This document shows positions 26,208 through 33,941 of a stretch of 64,000 nucleotides of DNA, piece by piece. Both the position numbers and the translations under genes were made by a program. The first letter of the stretch is position 1; each line of letters begins with the position of its first letter. Source of the DNA: a virus; the IMG/VR virus record IMGVR_UViG_3300031841_004047; one strand, given 5' to 3'. A model generated the notes under the pieces. The model was not told the origin of the DNA. It saw only the letters and a list, made by a program, of their open reading frames with translations, and searched no databases.

Positions 26208-26858
26208 ATGGAAAATAGAATTGTTTTAGAAGTTGGATGCAGTGACGGTTTTGATACGCTTAAACTTAGAAAAAAGTTTAACTTACCAGTATATGGCTTT
26301 GAACCAGTACCACAGAATTTTAAACATTTAAATAAAATTATGGAAAACGATAAAAACATTCATATTTATCAGACGGCCATAGATATCAATGATGGAGAAA
26401 GTGATTTTTATTTAAGCGATCCGTATGGTGAGAACGGAAAATTTACAGACGGTACAAATAGGGTTATACATCCTTATGGTTGCAGCAGTTTGTATCAATT
26501 TAACGATGATATACATGAAAAATGGCATGGAAGACCAGACTTTAATATGGTTGAAAAAATAACAGTAAAAACCAAACGTCTTGATACATTCTTAAGCGAA
26601 AATAATTTTGATGGAGAGATCGAGTATCTACACTGTGATGCTCAAGGTCATGATGTTAAAGTTCTTGAAAGTTTAGGAGATTATATTAGATGCGTTAAGC
26701 AAGGTAATATAGAAGTAGCTGGTAAAACTGAGCTGTATAAAGGAACCAACAATAATATTAGAGCTGCTAAAATTCTTCTAGCAAAGAAAGGTTTTCTGAT
26801 TACTAATAACCCAAATACAAAAAATCATGAAACTGACGTGAATTTTAAAAGGATGTAG
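26208..26858 (+). CDS. FkbM-family methyltransferase
   Basis: LEVGCSDG, YGFEP, KRLDTF, LHCDAQGHD. Confidence 0.85.
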   Translation: MENRIVLEVGCSDGFDTLKLRKKFNLPVYGFEPVPQNFKHLNKIMENDKNIHIYQTAIDINDGESDFYLSDPYGENGKFTDGTNRVIHPYGCSSLYQFNDDIHEKWHGRPDFNMVEKITVKTKRLDTFLSENNFDGEIEYLHCDAQGHDVKVLESLGDYIRCVKQGNIEVAGKTELYKGTNNNIRAAKILLAKKGFLITNNPNTKNHETDVNFKRM

Positions 26859-26859
26859 T

Positions 26860-27597
26860 ATGAAAGTCGCGGTTTGTTTATCCGGTATATGTCGAGGAGA
26901 CATCAGTAAAAACTTAGAAATAATGAAAGAACATTTTCCTTATGACTACTACTTTGCAACCTGGAAAAATTCAGAAATTCATGAAAGTATAAAGGATGAA
27001 GTATTTTATATAGATGAACCCGACATGCATTATCATCCTATACTAGACGTAGAAAAAATGAAGCATCCAAAATTACAAAATATAAAGAAAGAAATGTTAT
27101 CTTTTGGAACTCCTTTAAGTGGAAAAAAATATAAAGAAAGAATATTACACCATACAAAACAGATAATCATTCATAACGAATTATTAAAATTAATTCCAGA
27201 TGATTATGATATGATAATACGTATAAGATATGATACTAGACTATCTAAAAAAGTAGATTTCTCTAAGTATTTAAAAATGTCATATGATAAAAAACTTTCT
27301 ATTGGATTTGGGACTAGAACTTCACGATATAAGAATTTCAATGATTTATATGAGATACCAAAAATATACATAAGACATGATACACCAGACAGTGTAAGCA
27401 GAGACTGGTCTTACTACTTAATGGATCCAATGATTTTTCATCCGAGATCCATGTTTAAAGATAGATTAGTCAAAAGATTACATGAACAAAAAAAATTACT
27501 TCCAGCTGAGTATGGTTGGTATCAGATATTATCAGAACCATATGGAGATAACCATTTGTCCGTTTATGGTGGAGCACAGATAGAAAAGTATTTGTGA
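26860..27597 (+). CDS. Glycan-locus protein of unknown function, paralog of 25494..26201
   Basis: MKVAVCLSGICR, YDMIIRIRYD, GWYQILSEPY. Confidence 0.6.
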   Translation: MKVAVCLSGICRGDISKNLEIMKEHFPYDYYFATWKNSEIHESIKDEVFYIDEPDMHYHPILDVEKMKHPKLQNIKKEMLSFGTPLSGKKYKERILHHTKQIIIHNELLKLIPDDYDMIIRIRYDTRLSKKVDFSKYLKMSYDKKLSIGFGTRTSRYKNFNDLYEIPKIYIRHDTPDSVSRDWSYYLMDPMIFHPRSMFKDRLVKRLHEQKKLLPAEYGWYQILSEPYGDNHLSVYGGAQIEKYL

Positions 27598-27604
27598 GGA
27601 AAAG

Positions 27605-28300
27605 ATGAAAGCTTATGCGATTGTAGTGAAAAATAATGAAACTTCACAAATAGGTTACGAAAAACTTGTTGAGAGTTTCTGGAAAGTAGGAAATGAGTTT
27701 CCGCTGATAATGTATGAAGCTATTACTCCAGATAACGTCGACAAAGAAATGAGAGACAATAAGATCCAATGGAACTATCCTTGGGAGGGTAGTGTAATTG
27801 ATTTTGCTACAGGATTAACTAAAACGTCTTATCGTACTAAAAATAAAAAGGCTCGTATGGCGTGTAGTATGAGTCATTTTTCATTATGGCAGTTATGTTA
27901 TGAAACCAATGAACCCCTTATTATCTTTGAGCATGACTCACTTTGCCTTACAAAAATAGATTTTGATCCAGATGACACCGGTTTTCAAATAGTTGGTTTA
28001 AATAATCCTCTTGGAGCTACTCGTAAATCAAACATCTATTATGAGAAAATTATGTCTAAGTCTCAGCCATTTCAGTTGGCTCCATATATAGATGACGACT
28101 TAAAAATTCCACAGGGTTTAGCTGGTAATTCTTGCTACATGATAAAACCAAGTGGAGCTGAACAACTTATTAGTCTCATATATAAGTATGGATTATGGCC
28201 AAACGATGCTATTATGTGCAGACAGCTTGTAAATGGTCTAGGTGTAAGTAGAAAATTCTATACAAGAGTTCAAGGGCTGCCGTCAACAACGAGTGACTAG
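27605..28300 (+). CDS. GT25-like glycosyltransferase
   Basis: ACSMSHFSLW, IFEHDS, GNSCYMIKPSGA. Confidence 0.8.
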   Translation: MKAYAIVVKNNETSQIGYEKLVESFWKVGNEFPLIMYEAITPDNVDKEMRDNKIQWNYPWEGSVIDFATGLTKTSYRTKNKKARMACSMSHFSLWQLCYETNEPLIIFEHDSLCLTKIDFDPDDTGFQIVGLNNPLGATRKSNIYYEKIMSKSQPFQLAPYIDDDLKIPQGLAGNSCYMIKPSGAEQLISLIYKYGLWPNDAIMCRQLVNGLGVSRKFYTRVQGLPSTTSD

Positions 28301-28309
28301 GAGGTTATT

Positions 28310-28519
28310 ATGAAACAAGATGAAGGCTTAAATTTAGATGTAACTGGTAATGAACAGTATAGGAGAGAACTTATCGCTGTTCAACAAGAAAATGAAATAC
28401 TTAAAAAAAATATCAATGATTTACAGGGACAGCTGCAATCCACTTATCACCGAATAAAAGTGTTAATACGTGATTTAGAAAATATGAAAAGAATAGTAGA
28501 CTTTAACGGAGTTGAATAA
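28310..28519 (+). CDS. Small coiled-coil protein
   Basis: AGGAGG RBS; heptad pattern. Confidence 0.7.
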   Translation: MKQDEGLNLDVTGNEQYRRELIAVQQENEILKKNINDLQGQLQSTYHRIKVLIRDLENMKRIVDFNGVE

Positions 28520-29184
28520 TGAAAGCCTTTGTTATTTGTATTGACGAAATAGAACAATCTGTGCAAGCAGCAGAAAGATGCATAAAGTCTGGAGCCAGTA
28601 GAGGCGTGGATGTGAAGAAATTTAAAGCAGTTACTCCGAATGATGACTATGAAAATATATTGAAAGAAGAAAAAATTCCCGTAGACAAGTTCATTGAAGA
28701 CAGCAGAAAATATTCGAGATACGATAGAGTAATTTGTGCTTTTTTGTCTCATTACTCTTTATGGAAAAAGTGTTCTGAACAACGTGATAATTTTTTAATC
28801 TTAGAACACGATGCTTACTTCGATAACGTAATCTCTACAAACGTTAAGTACCATACCGAAGATGTAGTCTCAATAGGTGCTCCATCATACGGAAAATTTA
28901 ATACACCCAACATGCTAGGAATCGGTCCTCTTGTCTCTAAGAGTTATTTCCCTGGAGCTCACGCATATATAATTTCACCAAAGGGTGCTAAAAAAGCTAT
29001 TGAAAAAGCAAAGACCGATGCTGGTCCAACCGATGTATTCTTCGGGTATCACAACTTTAATAACCTAAAAGAGTTCTATCCTTGGCCCATATCAGTAAAA
29101 GAAAGTTTTAGTACCATTCAAAGAGAAAGTGGCTGTTTGGCTAAACACGCCTATAAAGACGGAGTTGGTTATGGCATTGTTTAA
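28519..29184 (+). CDS. GT25-like glycosyltransferase
   Basis: CAFLSHYSLW, ILEHDA, GAHAYIISPKGA. Confidence 0.8.
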   Translation: MKAFVICIDEIEQSVQAAERCIKSGASRGVDVKKFKAVTPNDDYENILKEEKIPVDKFIEDSRKYSRYDRVICAFLSHYSLWKKCSEQRDNFLILEHDAYFDNVISTNVKYHTEDVVSIGAPSYGKFNTPNMLGIGPLVSKSYFPGAHAYIISPKGAKKAIEKAKTDAGPTDVFFGYHNFNNLKEFYPWPISVKESFSTIQRESGCLAKHAYKDGVGYGIV

Positions 29185-29842
29185 AAAAATGTTCTTGACT
29201 GGATGTGATGAAAAAAATGAGTGGATGGTCGAATGGTTTCTCGGAAACTACAGGGAACATAATAAAGAAGTACCTATAGCCTTTGCTGATTTTGGAGTAA
29301 GTAAGAAATTTAATAAATGGGCTAAGAAAAACTTTGATCATTACATAGATATGACACAAATAGTAGATCAAGGATGGTTTAAAAAACCTAAGAGTATGAT
29401 TTCAGCTTCAAAACTATCTCGAAGAACTTGTTGGCTCGATACAGATCTTCAAATACTCGCGAACATAGAGGACATATTTGAATATTTAGAACCTAATAGA
29501 TTAGCGATGGTTGAAGACAAACCTTGGACAAAAAGAAGACAAGACATAAGAGGTCTACAATATTACAATTCAGGAGTGGTTGCATTCGAGAATTGTCCTC
29601 AGATTTTACATCAATGGGCTTATAATGTTGAAACAAGACCACAACAAGGAGATCAAGAAACACTTCATGCCATGATGGATTCACCACTTACACAAAGGGT
29701 ATATATTACTGAACTGCCTAATGAATACAATTGGCTTCGTTTACAATTAGAGCACGACAACCAAGATAGTAATAAAAAAAGAATTATTCACTGGACAGGG
29801 CCAAAGGGTAAAACTAGAATAAAGGAATTAATTAATGGGTGA
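29171..29842 (+). CDS. GT-A glycosyltransferase (GT8-like)
   Basis: WLDTD DxD, YNSGVV, GDQE, NEYN, IIHWTG; GGAG RBS at 29161. Confidence 0.8.
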   Translation: MALFKKMFLTGCDEKNEWMVEWFLGNYREHNKEVPIAFADFGVSKKFNKWAKKNFDHYIDMTQIVDQGWFKKPKSMISASKLSRRTCWLDTDLQILANIEDIFEYLEPNRLAMVEDKPWTKRRQDIRGLQYYNSGVVAFENCPQILHQWAYNVETRPQQGDQETLHAMMDSPLTQRVYITELPNEYNWLRLQLEHDNQDSNKKRIIHWTGPKGKTRIKELING

Positions 29843-30497
29843 TGTAGCACATCTTATCGGTAATGGAAAAAGTACTGGATTCTATACACCGGCTAAAGGA
29901 TTAAAAATCGCGTGTAATCTGCCACCGTTTGAAGTACCTAATCTTTACACCACTGTTATCGTTGATTTTAAAATGATGAATGCTATCCATAAAGGTGATA
30001 TTGTTGTACCAGGTGATTGGGTTCTTGGTGCAAGACCACATAAATGGATGGAGCTAAAGAACGACTTTTATATCAAGTATTCTACTCAAATAAAAGAATT
30101 TTATTTGACACTTCCAAAATATGCTGGTAACTACACTGATTTTAATTGTGGACATATGGCAACTCATTGGCTAGCAAATAAAATGAAAAGAAAAGAAATT
30201 CACATGTACGGATTTGATTCTATTTTTGAGTTTGATACTACAAGCATGTCTGATACGTTTATGAATTCAGTAAGAGACAATATGAATACCGAAAGACTAA
30301 CTTCCAAATGGAGACCTATTTGGAAAGGTATATTTAATGAATTTAAAGATACTGAATTTATCTTATATCACGACATTGGAAAACCCTCTTTCAAAATGCC
30401 TGACAATGTAACTATCAAAACAGATAACAAGGGCAAAAGAGCTGTAAGAAAGAAAACCGAAGAGCCATTTGATAAAACTAAATTGAGTAATGCATAA
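29835..30497 (+). CDS. Glycan-locus hypothetical protein
   Basis: LIGNGKS, NCGH, IHMYGFD pattern reminiscent of GT-D/DUF115-like proteins. Confidence 0.5.
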   Translation: MGDVAHLIGNGKSTGFYTPAKGLKIACNLPPFEVPNLYTTVIVDFKMMNAIHKGDIVVPGDWVLGARPHKWMELKNDFYIKYSTQIKEFYLTLPKYAGNYTDFNCGHMATHWLANKMKRKEIHMYGFDSIFEFDTTSMSDTFMNSVRDNMNTERLTSKWRPIWKGIFNEFKDTEFILYHDIGKPSFKMPDNVTIKTDNKGKRAVRKKTEEPFDKTKLSNA

Positions 30498-30503
30498 ATA
30501 CTA

Positions 30504-30532
30504 TTTACAACCAAATCAATTTAGTATATAAT
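30504..30532 (+). promoter_or_regulatory. sigma70-like promoter
   Basis: TTTACA-17-TATAAT. Confidence 0.8.
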
Positions 30533-30539
30533 ATTACTT

Positions 30540-30944
30540 ATGTTCTATCATGTAAAAAAACGTCCTGAAAATATATCCTTTGAATTTCTTGATGAAGTAT
30601 TCACATTTGCCGAGTACTTTCTCGGATTTGATGAAAATCTTATGATAACAATAGACTTCAAGCTATTGGATGACAACGTATATGGATACGCTGAACCTGA
30701 AGACTTTAACGAATACATTATTGAGGTTCACTCACATCTAACAGAGAAAGATGTGGTCAAGACTATTTTTCATGAACTGATACACGTAAGACAGTTTATA
30801 GACGGTAAGCTTGATGAAGATGGAATGACTTGGTTAGGTATAAAATACAAATCCACCTCCATGCCTTATCATGAACTACCTTGGGAGGAAGAAGCTCATA
30901 GAGTCGAGGGTCTTATGAGTAAAGAGTTCTTTCAGGGTAGATAG
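30540..30944 (+). CDS. Zincin-like metallopeptidase
   Basis: FHELIHVRQ HExxH; PWEEEA. Confidence 0.7.
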   Translation: MFYHVKKRPENISFEFLDEVFTFAEYFLGFDENLMITIDFKLLDDNVYGYAEPEDFNEYIIEVHSHLTEKDVVKTIFHELIHVRQFIDGKLDEDGMTWLGIKYKSTSMPYHELPWEEEAHRVEGLMSKEFFQGR

Positions 30945-30960
30945 TGACAAATATGTTACA
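30943..30960. promoter_or_regulatory. 18-bp operator-like motif, copy 2 (reverse orientation)
   Basis: Reverse complement is TGTAACATATTTGTCACT. Confidence 0.55.
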
Positions 30961-31000
30961 GTTTTATGTTTTTGAGAAAAAAATGCACTTAAAATGAAAA

Positions 31001-31045
31001 AAATACATTTTAGGGGTTTACAAACCACTTTACTTATATTATATT
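31001..31045 (+). promoter_or_regulatory. sigma70-like promoter with conserved upstream element
   Basis: AAATACATTTTAGGGG followed by TTTACA-17-TATATT. Confidence 0.75.
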
Positions 31046-31069
31046 AGTATTATAAGGAATGAGGAAAAC

Positions 31070-31366
31070 ATGAAAAATCAAACCGTGAAATTCTGGACAG
31101 AAACTCCACTGAACGCAATCGATCAATTGATGGATCGTACTTTTAGTTGGGCTCATGACAATGATGATCTGGCTGACATGTATCTTGAAGATCTAGATGA
31201 CTACAAAAAGGCAGTATCCTTTTTCCGTCAATCAGATGCAGAAGCTCTTAGCAGTCATATCGATTACATGGATACTTCTCCACGTGAACAGTTGGTCATC
31301 GCTTTCCAAGAAGACTTAGGTTCTGATTTTGTAAGAAATGTTTTAGGTTACGAGGTGGAGGTATAA
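31070..31366 (+). CDS. Hypothetical protein
   Basis: GAGG RBS, first gene after the promoter. Confidence 0.75.
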   Translation: MKNQTVKFWTETPLNAIDQLMDRTFSWAHDNDDLADMYLEDLDDYKKAVSFFRQSDAEALSSHIDYMDTSPREQLVIAFQEDLGSDFVRNVLGYEVEV

Positions 31367-31368
31367 TT

Positions 31369-31734
31369 ATGTCTTGGAACCCAAATAACGCCGAATGGGG
31401 TTGCACTAAAGTAACAAAAGAGCTTGTTGACAAGCTTTCAAATCTCGACCACTTTCCCTTTCAAGGTGAAGTTGAAGATAAGAAAAACAACCCCGCTCTG
31501 GAAAAGTTTCGTAGAGCACAAAACGTTGTCTATGACATCTTCAATAATGCTTTAGGTAATCAGGCTCGTAAATGTCGTTTTGCACTTAATGGTCTGACTA
31601 AAGCTGATCTTGCACTGCCAACATACTATTATGGTCAATACTACCCTGGCAACTGGGACCAAGTCGAAGAACTCGTTGAGGAAAAATTCACTCCAATCGT
31701 AATGGCTGCCGCCAAAGAACAAGGACTTATCTAA
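31369..31734 (+). CDS. Hypothetical protein
   Basis: GGAGG RBS. Confidence 0.75.
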   Translation: MSWNPNNAEWGCTKVTKELVDKLSNLDHFPFQGEVEDKKNNPALEKFRRAQNVVYDIFNNALGNQARKCRFALNGLTKADLALPTYYYGQYYPGNWDQVEELVEEKFTPIVMAAAKEQGLI

Positions 31735-31907
31735 TGAACGATAAAGAATTCATTGCTGAAGAATACCGCCGCATTAATCCTGAGCCAGTACTCAGCAGTC
31801 TTGAAGAAATGTTGGAAGATGACTACACTGCATGGTGTAAATCCAACCGCGATCCTAGAATCACGTCATTTCTCAAAGCGAAGTTTTTTAGGTCTAGTAA
31901 TGTCTAA
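31734..31907 (+). CDS. Small hypothetical protein (57 aa, MNDKEFIAEEY...)
   Basis: Read manually; TAATG coupling, AGGA RBS. Confidence 0.6.
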   Translation: MNDKEFIAEEYRRINPEPVLSSLEEMLEDDYTAWCKSNRDPRITSFLKAKFFRSSNV

Positions 31908-32136
31908 TCAATATTTTCAAGCTCTCGCAACATCTGCTGGTATCCTTGCACTTGACATTTTACAGAATGATTTCCATCGTCCTGTGGTGAATAAGAAATG
32001 CAATCGTGATAACATCGAAGAAGCTATTACTGTTGGTATACTTGCAAAAGATCTTGGTCCTATTTGTTGGGAAGAAGTAAAGCTAGCAATGGATCTGATA
32101 GATGATCTACTAGAAAATGGAATAAGCAATGAATAG
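31900..32136 (+). CDS. Hypothetical protein (MSNQYFQAL...)
   Basis: 3' part of track ORF 31753..32136, overlapping the previous stop. Confidence 0.55.
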   Translation: MSNQYFQALATSAGILALDILQNDFHRPVVNKKCNRDNIEEAITVGILAKDLGPICWEEVKLAMDLIDDLLENGISNE

Positions 32137-32299
32137 GCGAGAGAATACATTCTGGATGGATACCGACGGAAACATACGTATCCAATCAAACTTAAGCCCA
32201 AAAGACTTAGGAATTCAGCAAGCTGACACGTTCGCTGCGATGATAATTGAAGGAGAATTAGTTCTAGTTAAAATTGATCTCGAATTAAAAGAAAAATAG
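32129..32299 (+). CDS. Small hypothetical protein (56 aa)
   Basis: Read manually; ends immediately before the first tRNA. Confidence 0.5.
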   Translation: MNRRENTFWMDTDGNIRIQSNLSPKDLGIQQADTFAAMIIEGELVLVKIDLELKEK

Positions 32300-32300
32300 A

Positions 32301-32376
32301 GCTCCTGTAGCTTAACGGTTAAAGCCCCCCGCTCATAACGGGTCGACTGTAGGTTCGAATCCTACTGGGAGCACCA
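32301..32376 (+). tRNA. tRNA-Ile2/Met (CAT)
   Basis: Cloverleaf, anticodon loop CT-CAT-AA, GGTTCGAATCC, encoded CCA; CCGCTCATAACGG arm resembles Ile2. Confidence 0.9.
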
Positions 32377-32378
32377 AT

Positions 32379-32455
32379 GGTCACGTAGCTCAACTGGATA
32401 GAGCAGCTGACTTCTAATCAGCAGGTTGAGGGTTCGAGTCCTTCCGTGATCACCA
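32379..32455 (+). tRNA. tRNA-Arg (TCT)
   Basis: Acceptor GGTCACG/CGTGATC, arm GCTGA-CTTCTAA-TCAGC, CCA. Confidence 0.96.
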
Positions 32456-32458
32456 TAA

Positions 32459-32535
32459 GCCGGTATAGCTCAGTAGGTTAGAGCAAGTGACTGTTAATCA
32501 CTGGGTCGGCGGTTCGAGCCCGTCTCTGGGAGCCA
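32459..32535 (+). tRNA. tRNA-Asn (GTT) with mismatched, His-derived 5' acceptor strand (chimeric or pseudo-tRNA)
   Basis: Arm AGTGA-CTGTTAA-TCACT; 5' GCCGGTA pairs poorly with 3' TCTGGGA; first 26 nt identical to tRNA-His. Confidence 0.8.
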
Positions 32536-32705
32536 AAATGAAGAGGGTAAAGTAGAGGGCAAGATTAGACGGTGTCGGCGCTATGCCGGCGTCGTGAGGT
32601 GCTAGGAATAACCTGGCGGGGTCTAATCAAAAGAGTAAGTTAGGGTCGCGCCCTAGCCCAGACCGTAAGGCGTAACGGTGACAAGCAGGGAGAGACCTGC
32701 ACAAA
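32536..32705 (+). ncRNA. Candidate structured ncRNA between tRNA-Asn and tRNA-Ser
   Basis: GC-rich, no convincing ORF; GATTAGAC/GTCTAATC closes two hairpins, and three more hairpins follow. Confidence 0.55.
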
Positions 32706-32710
32706 GTTTT

Positions 32711-32800
32711 GGAGAGGTGGCAGAGTCTGGCTTAATGCACCGGTCTTGAAAACCGACGTACCGCAAGGTACCCAGGGTTCGAATCCCTGTCTCTCCGCCA
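32711..32800 (+). tRNA. tRNA-Ser (TGA)
   Basis: Long variable arm GTACC-GCAA-GGTAC, anticodon loop CT-TGA-AA, CCA. Confidence 0.96.
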
Positions 32801-32804
32801 TAAC

Positions 32805-32881
32805 GCCGGTATAGCTCAGTAGGTTAGAGCGCTTGATTGTGGATCAAGAAGTCCTAAGTTCAATTCTTGGTGCCGGTACCA
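32805..32881 (+). tRNA. tRNA-His (GTG), alphaproteobacterial type without G-1
   Basis: Arm CTTGA-TTGTGGA-TCAAG; G1-U72, A73; base -1 is C. Confidence 0.95.
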
Positions 32882-32893
32882 AAAAAAGGTTAA

Positions 32894-32970
32894 CAGGGTA
32901 TAGCTCAGCATGGTAGAGTGCTGCACTTGGAATGCAGAGGTCGTTGGTTCGAGTCCAGCTACCCTGACCA
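32894..32970 (+). tRNA. tRNA-Pro (TGG)
   Basis: CAGGGTA/TACCCTG, CTGCA-CTTGGAA-TGCAG, CCA. Confidence 0.96.
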
Positions 32971-33120
32971 CCAGAAAGGCAAACGGGGAAAGCCTGACAA
33001 TCACGTCGAACGTACCCAACAAATCCTAGGTAAGGAAGAGGCCCTCTCATCTAGGTCGGTTAAAGCACTGGTACCGTAGAAGAAAACCCAGTCGGTTGCT
33101 GCATACGTAAAATGCAGATA
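32971..33120 (+). ncRNA. Candidate structured ncRNA after tRNA-Pro
   Basis: Non-coding; stems AGGC/GCCT, CCTAG/CTAGG, ACTGG/CCAGT, CTGCAT/ATGCAG; ends at a terminator. Confidence 0.4.
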
Positions 33121-33121
33121 G

Positions 33122-33152
33122 AAAGGGAGGCTCTGCAGTAAGCCTCCCTTTT
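33122..33152 (+). terminator. Rho-independent terminator of the tRNA operon
   Basis: AAAGGGAGGCT-8 nt-AGCCTCCCTTT then T. Confidence 0.85.
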
Positions 33153-33154
33153 GA

Positions 33155-33162
33155 TATAAATA
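33155..33162 (+). promoter_or_regulatory. T4-type late promoter
   Basis: TATAAATA. Confidence 0.85.
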
Positions 33163-33187
33163 TCCTTAGACGTGAAAGGTCTAAGGA
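33163..33187 (+). promoter_or_regulatory. RBS-sequestering hairpin
   Basis: TCCTTAGAC-GTGAAAG-GTCTAAGGA, perfect 9 bp, covering AAGGA of the lipase RBS. Confidence 0.65.
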
Positions 33188-33194
33188 GAGGAAA

Positions 33195-33941
33195 ATGGAA
33201 TCAATTAGTCAGATGACTTTTGAGCAAAGGTCACTATTGTTTGCTAAATTGGCCGAGATTGCTTATATGTCACCAAAGGAAGTAAAAAAACCAGCAAGTA
33301 AAATGAATTTCACCGAGGTTGAGTTTTATGATAATGGAGGTGCGCAAGCATACAGGTTTATGAATAAACATGATATCGTGATAGCATGTAGAGGTACAGA
33401 ACCAACCCAGTGGAATGACATTAAAGCAGACTTAAAGGCTATTCCTGTTATGGCAGAAACCGTAAGTAGAGTCCATAAAGGATTTAAAGCTGAAGTCGAT
33501 GATCTTTGGCCTATGGTAAAAGAAGATTTAGAAAGAGTAGGAAAATCGAGAAAAGCTTGGTTCTGCGGTCATTCACTTGGAGCCGCAATGACAACTATCA
33601 TGGCTAGTAGATGTAACTACGATGTGGATATGCCAGATATTGAAGAGGTCTATACTTTCGGGTCACCTCGTGTTGGATTTAAAAGATACTGTGGAAGCTT
33701 AAACGTAGTTCATCACAGATTTGTAAATAATAATGATATAGTTACTCGTGTTCCGTTATGGATTATGGGTTATAGACATCATGGTACTATGCATTATTTT
33801 AACAGACACGGTGATCTAGCAAAAATGACTTGGGGTGATAGACTAAGAGGAATGTGGGATGGATTGAAGAAAGGCTCCATCGATGTTGTAGCAGATCATC
33901 CAATGTCTGCTTATATGCCATGCGTACAAAAAATGCAGTAA
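33195..33941 (+). CDS. Lipase class 3 (alpha/beta hydrolase)
   Basis: IACRGTE, VHKGF, CGHSLGAA nucleophile elbow, YTFGSPRVG, NNNDIVTRVP. Confidence 0.92.
   Translation: MESISQMTFEQRSLLFAKLAEIAYMSPKEVKKPASKMNFTEVEFYDNGGAQAYRFMNKHDIVIACRGTEPTQWNDIKADLKAIPVMAETVSRVHKGFKAEVDDLWPMVKEDLERVGKSRKAWFCGHSLGAAMTTIMASRCNYDVDMPDIEEVYTFGSPRVGFKRYCGSLNVVHHRFVNNNDIVTRVPLWIMGYRHHGTMHYFNRHGDLAKMTWGDRLRGMWDGLKKGSIDVVADHPMSAYMPCVQKMQ

Noticed and set aside
31753-31899. N-terminal part of track ORF 31753..32136
   Set aside because: Overlaps a better-coupled ORF (31734..31907) in another frame; the true start is probably 31900
32459-32830. Mini CRISPR array from the 26-nt repeat
   Set aside because: The repeats are tRNA 5' halves, and the spacing and content are tRNA and ncRNA, not spacers
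32977-33000. c-di-GMP-I riboswitch (GGCAAAC...GAAA...GAC)
   Set aside because: Lacks GACGCAAAGC and the second stem, and is not in a 5' UTR
33082-33120. tmRNA tag end (GTTGCTGCATA, VAA)
   Set aside because: No stop after VAA and no tRNA-like acceptor or T-arm ends on either side
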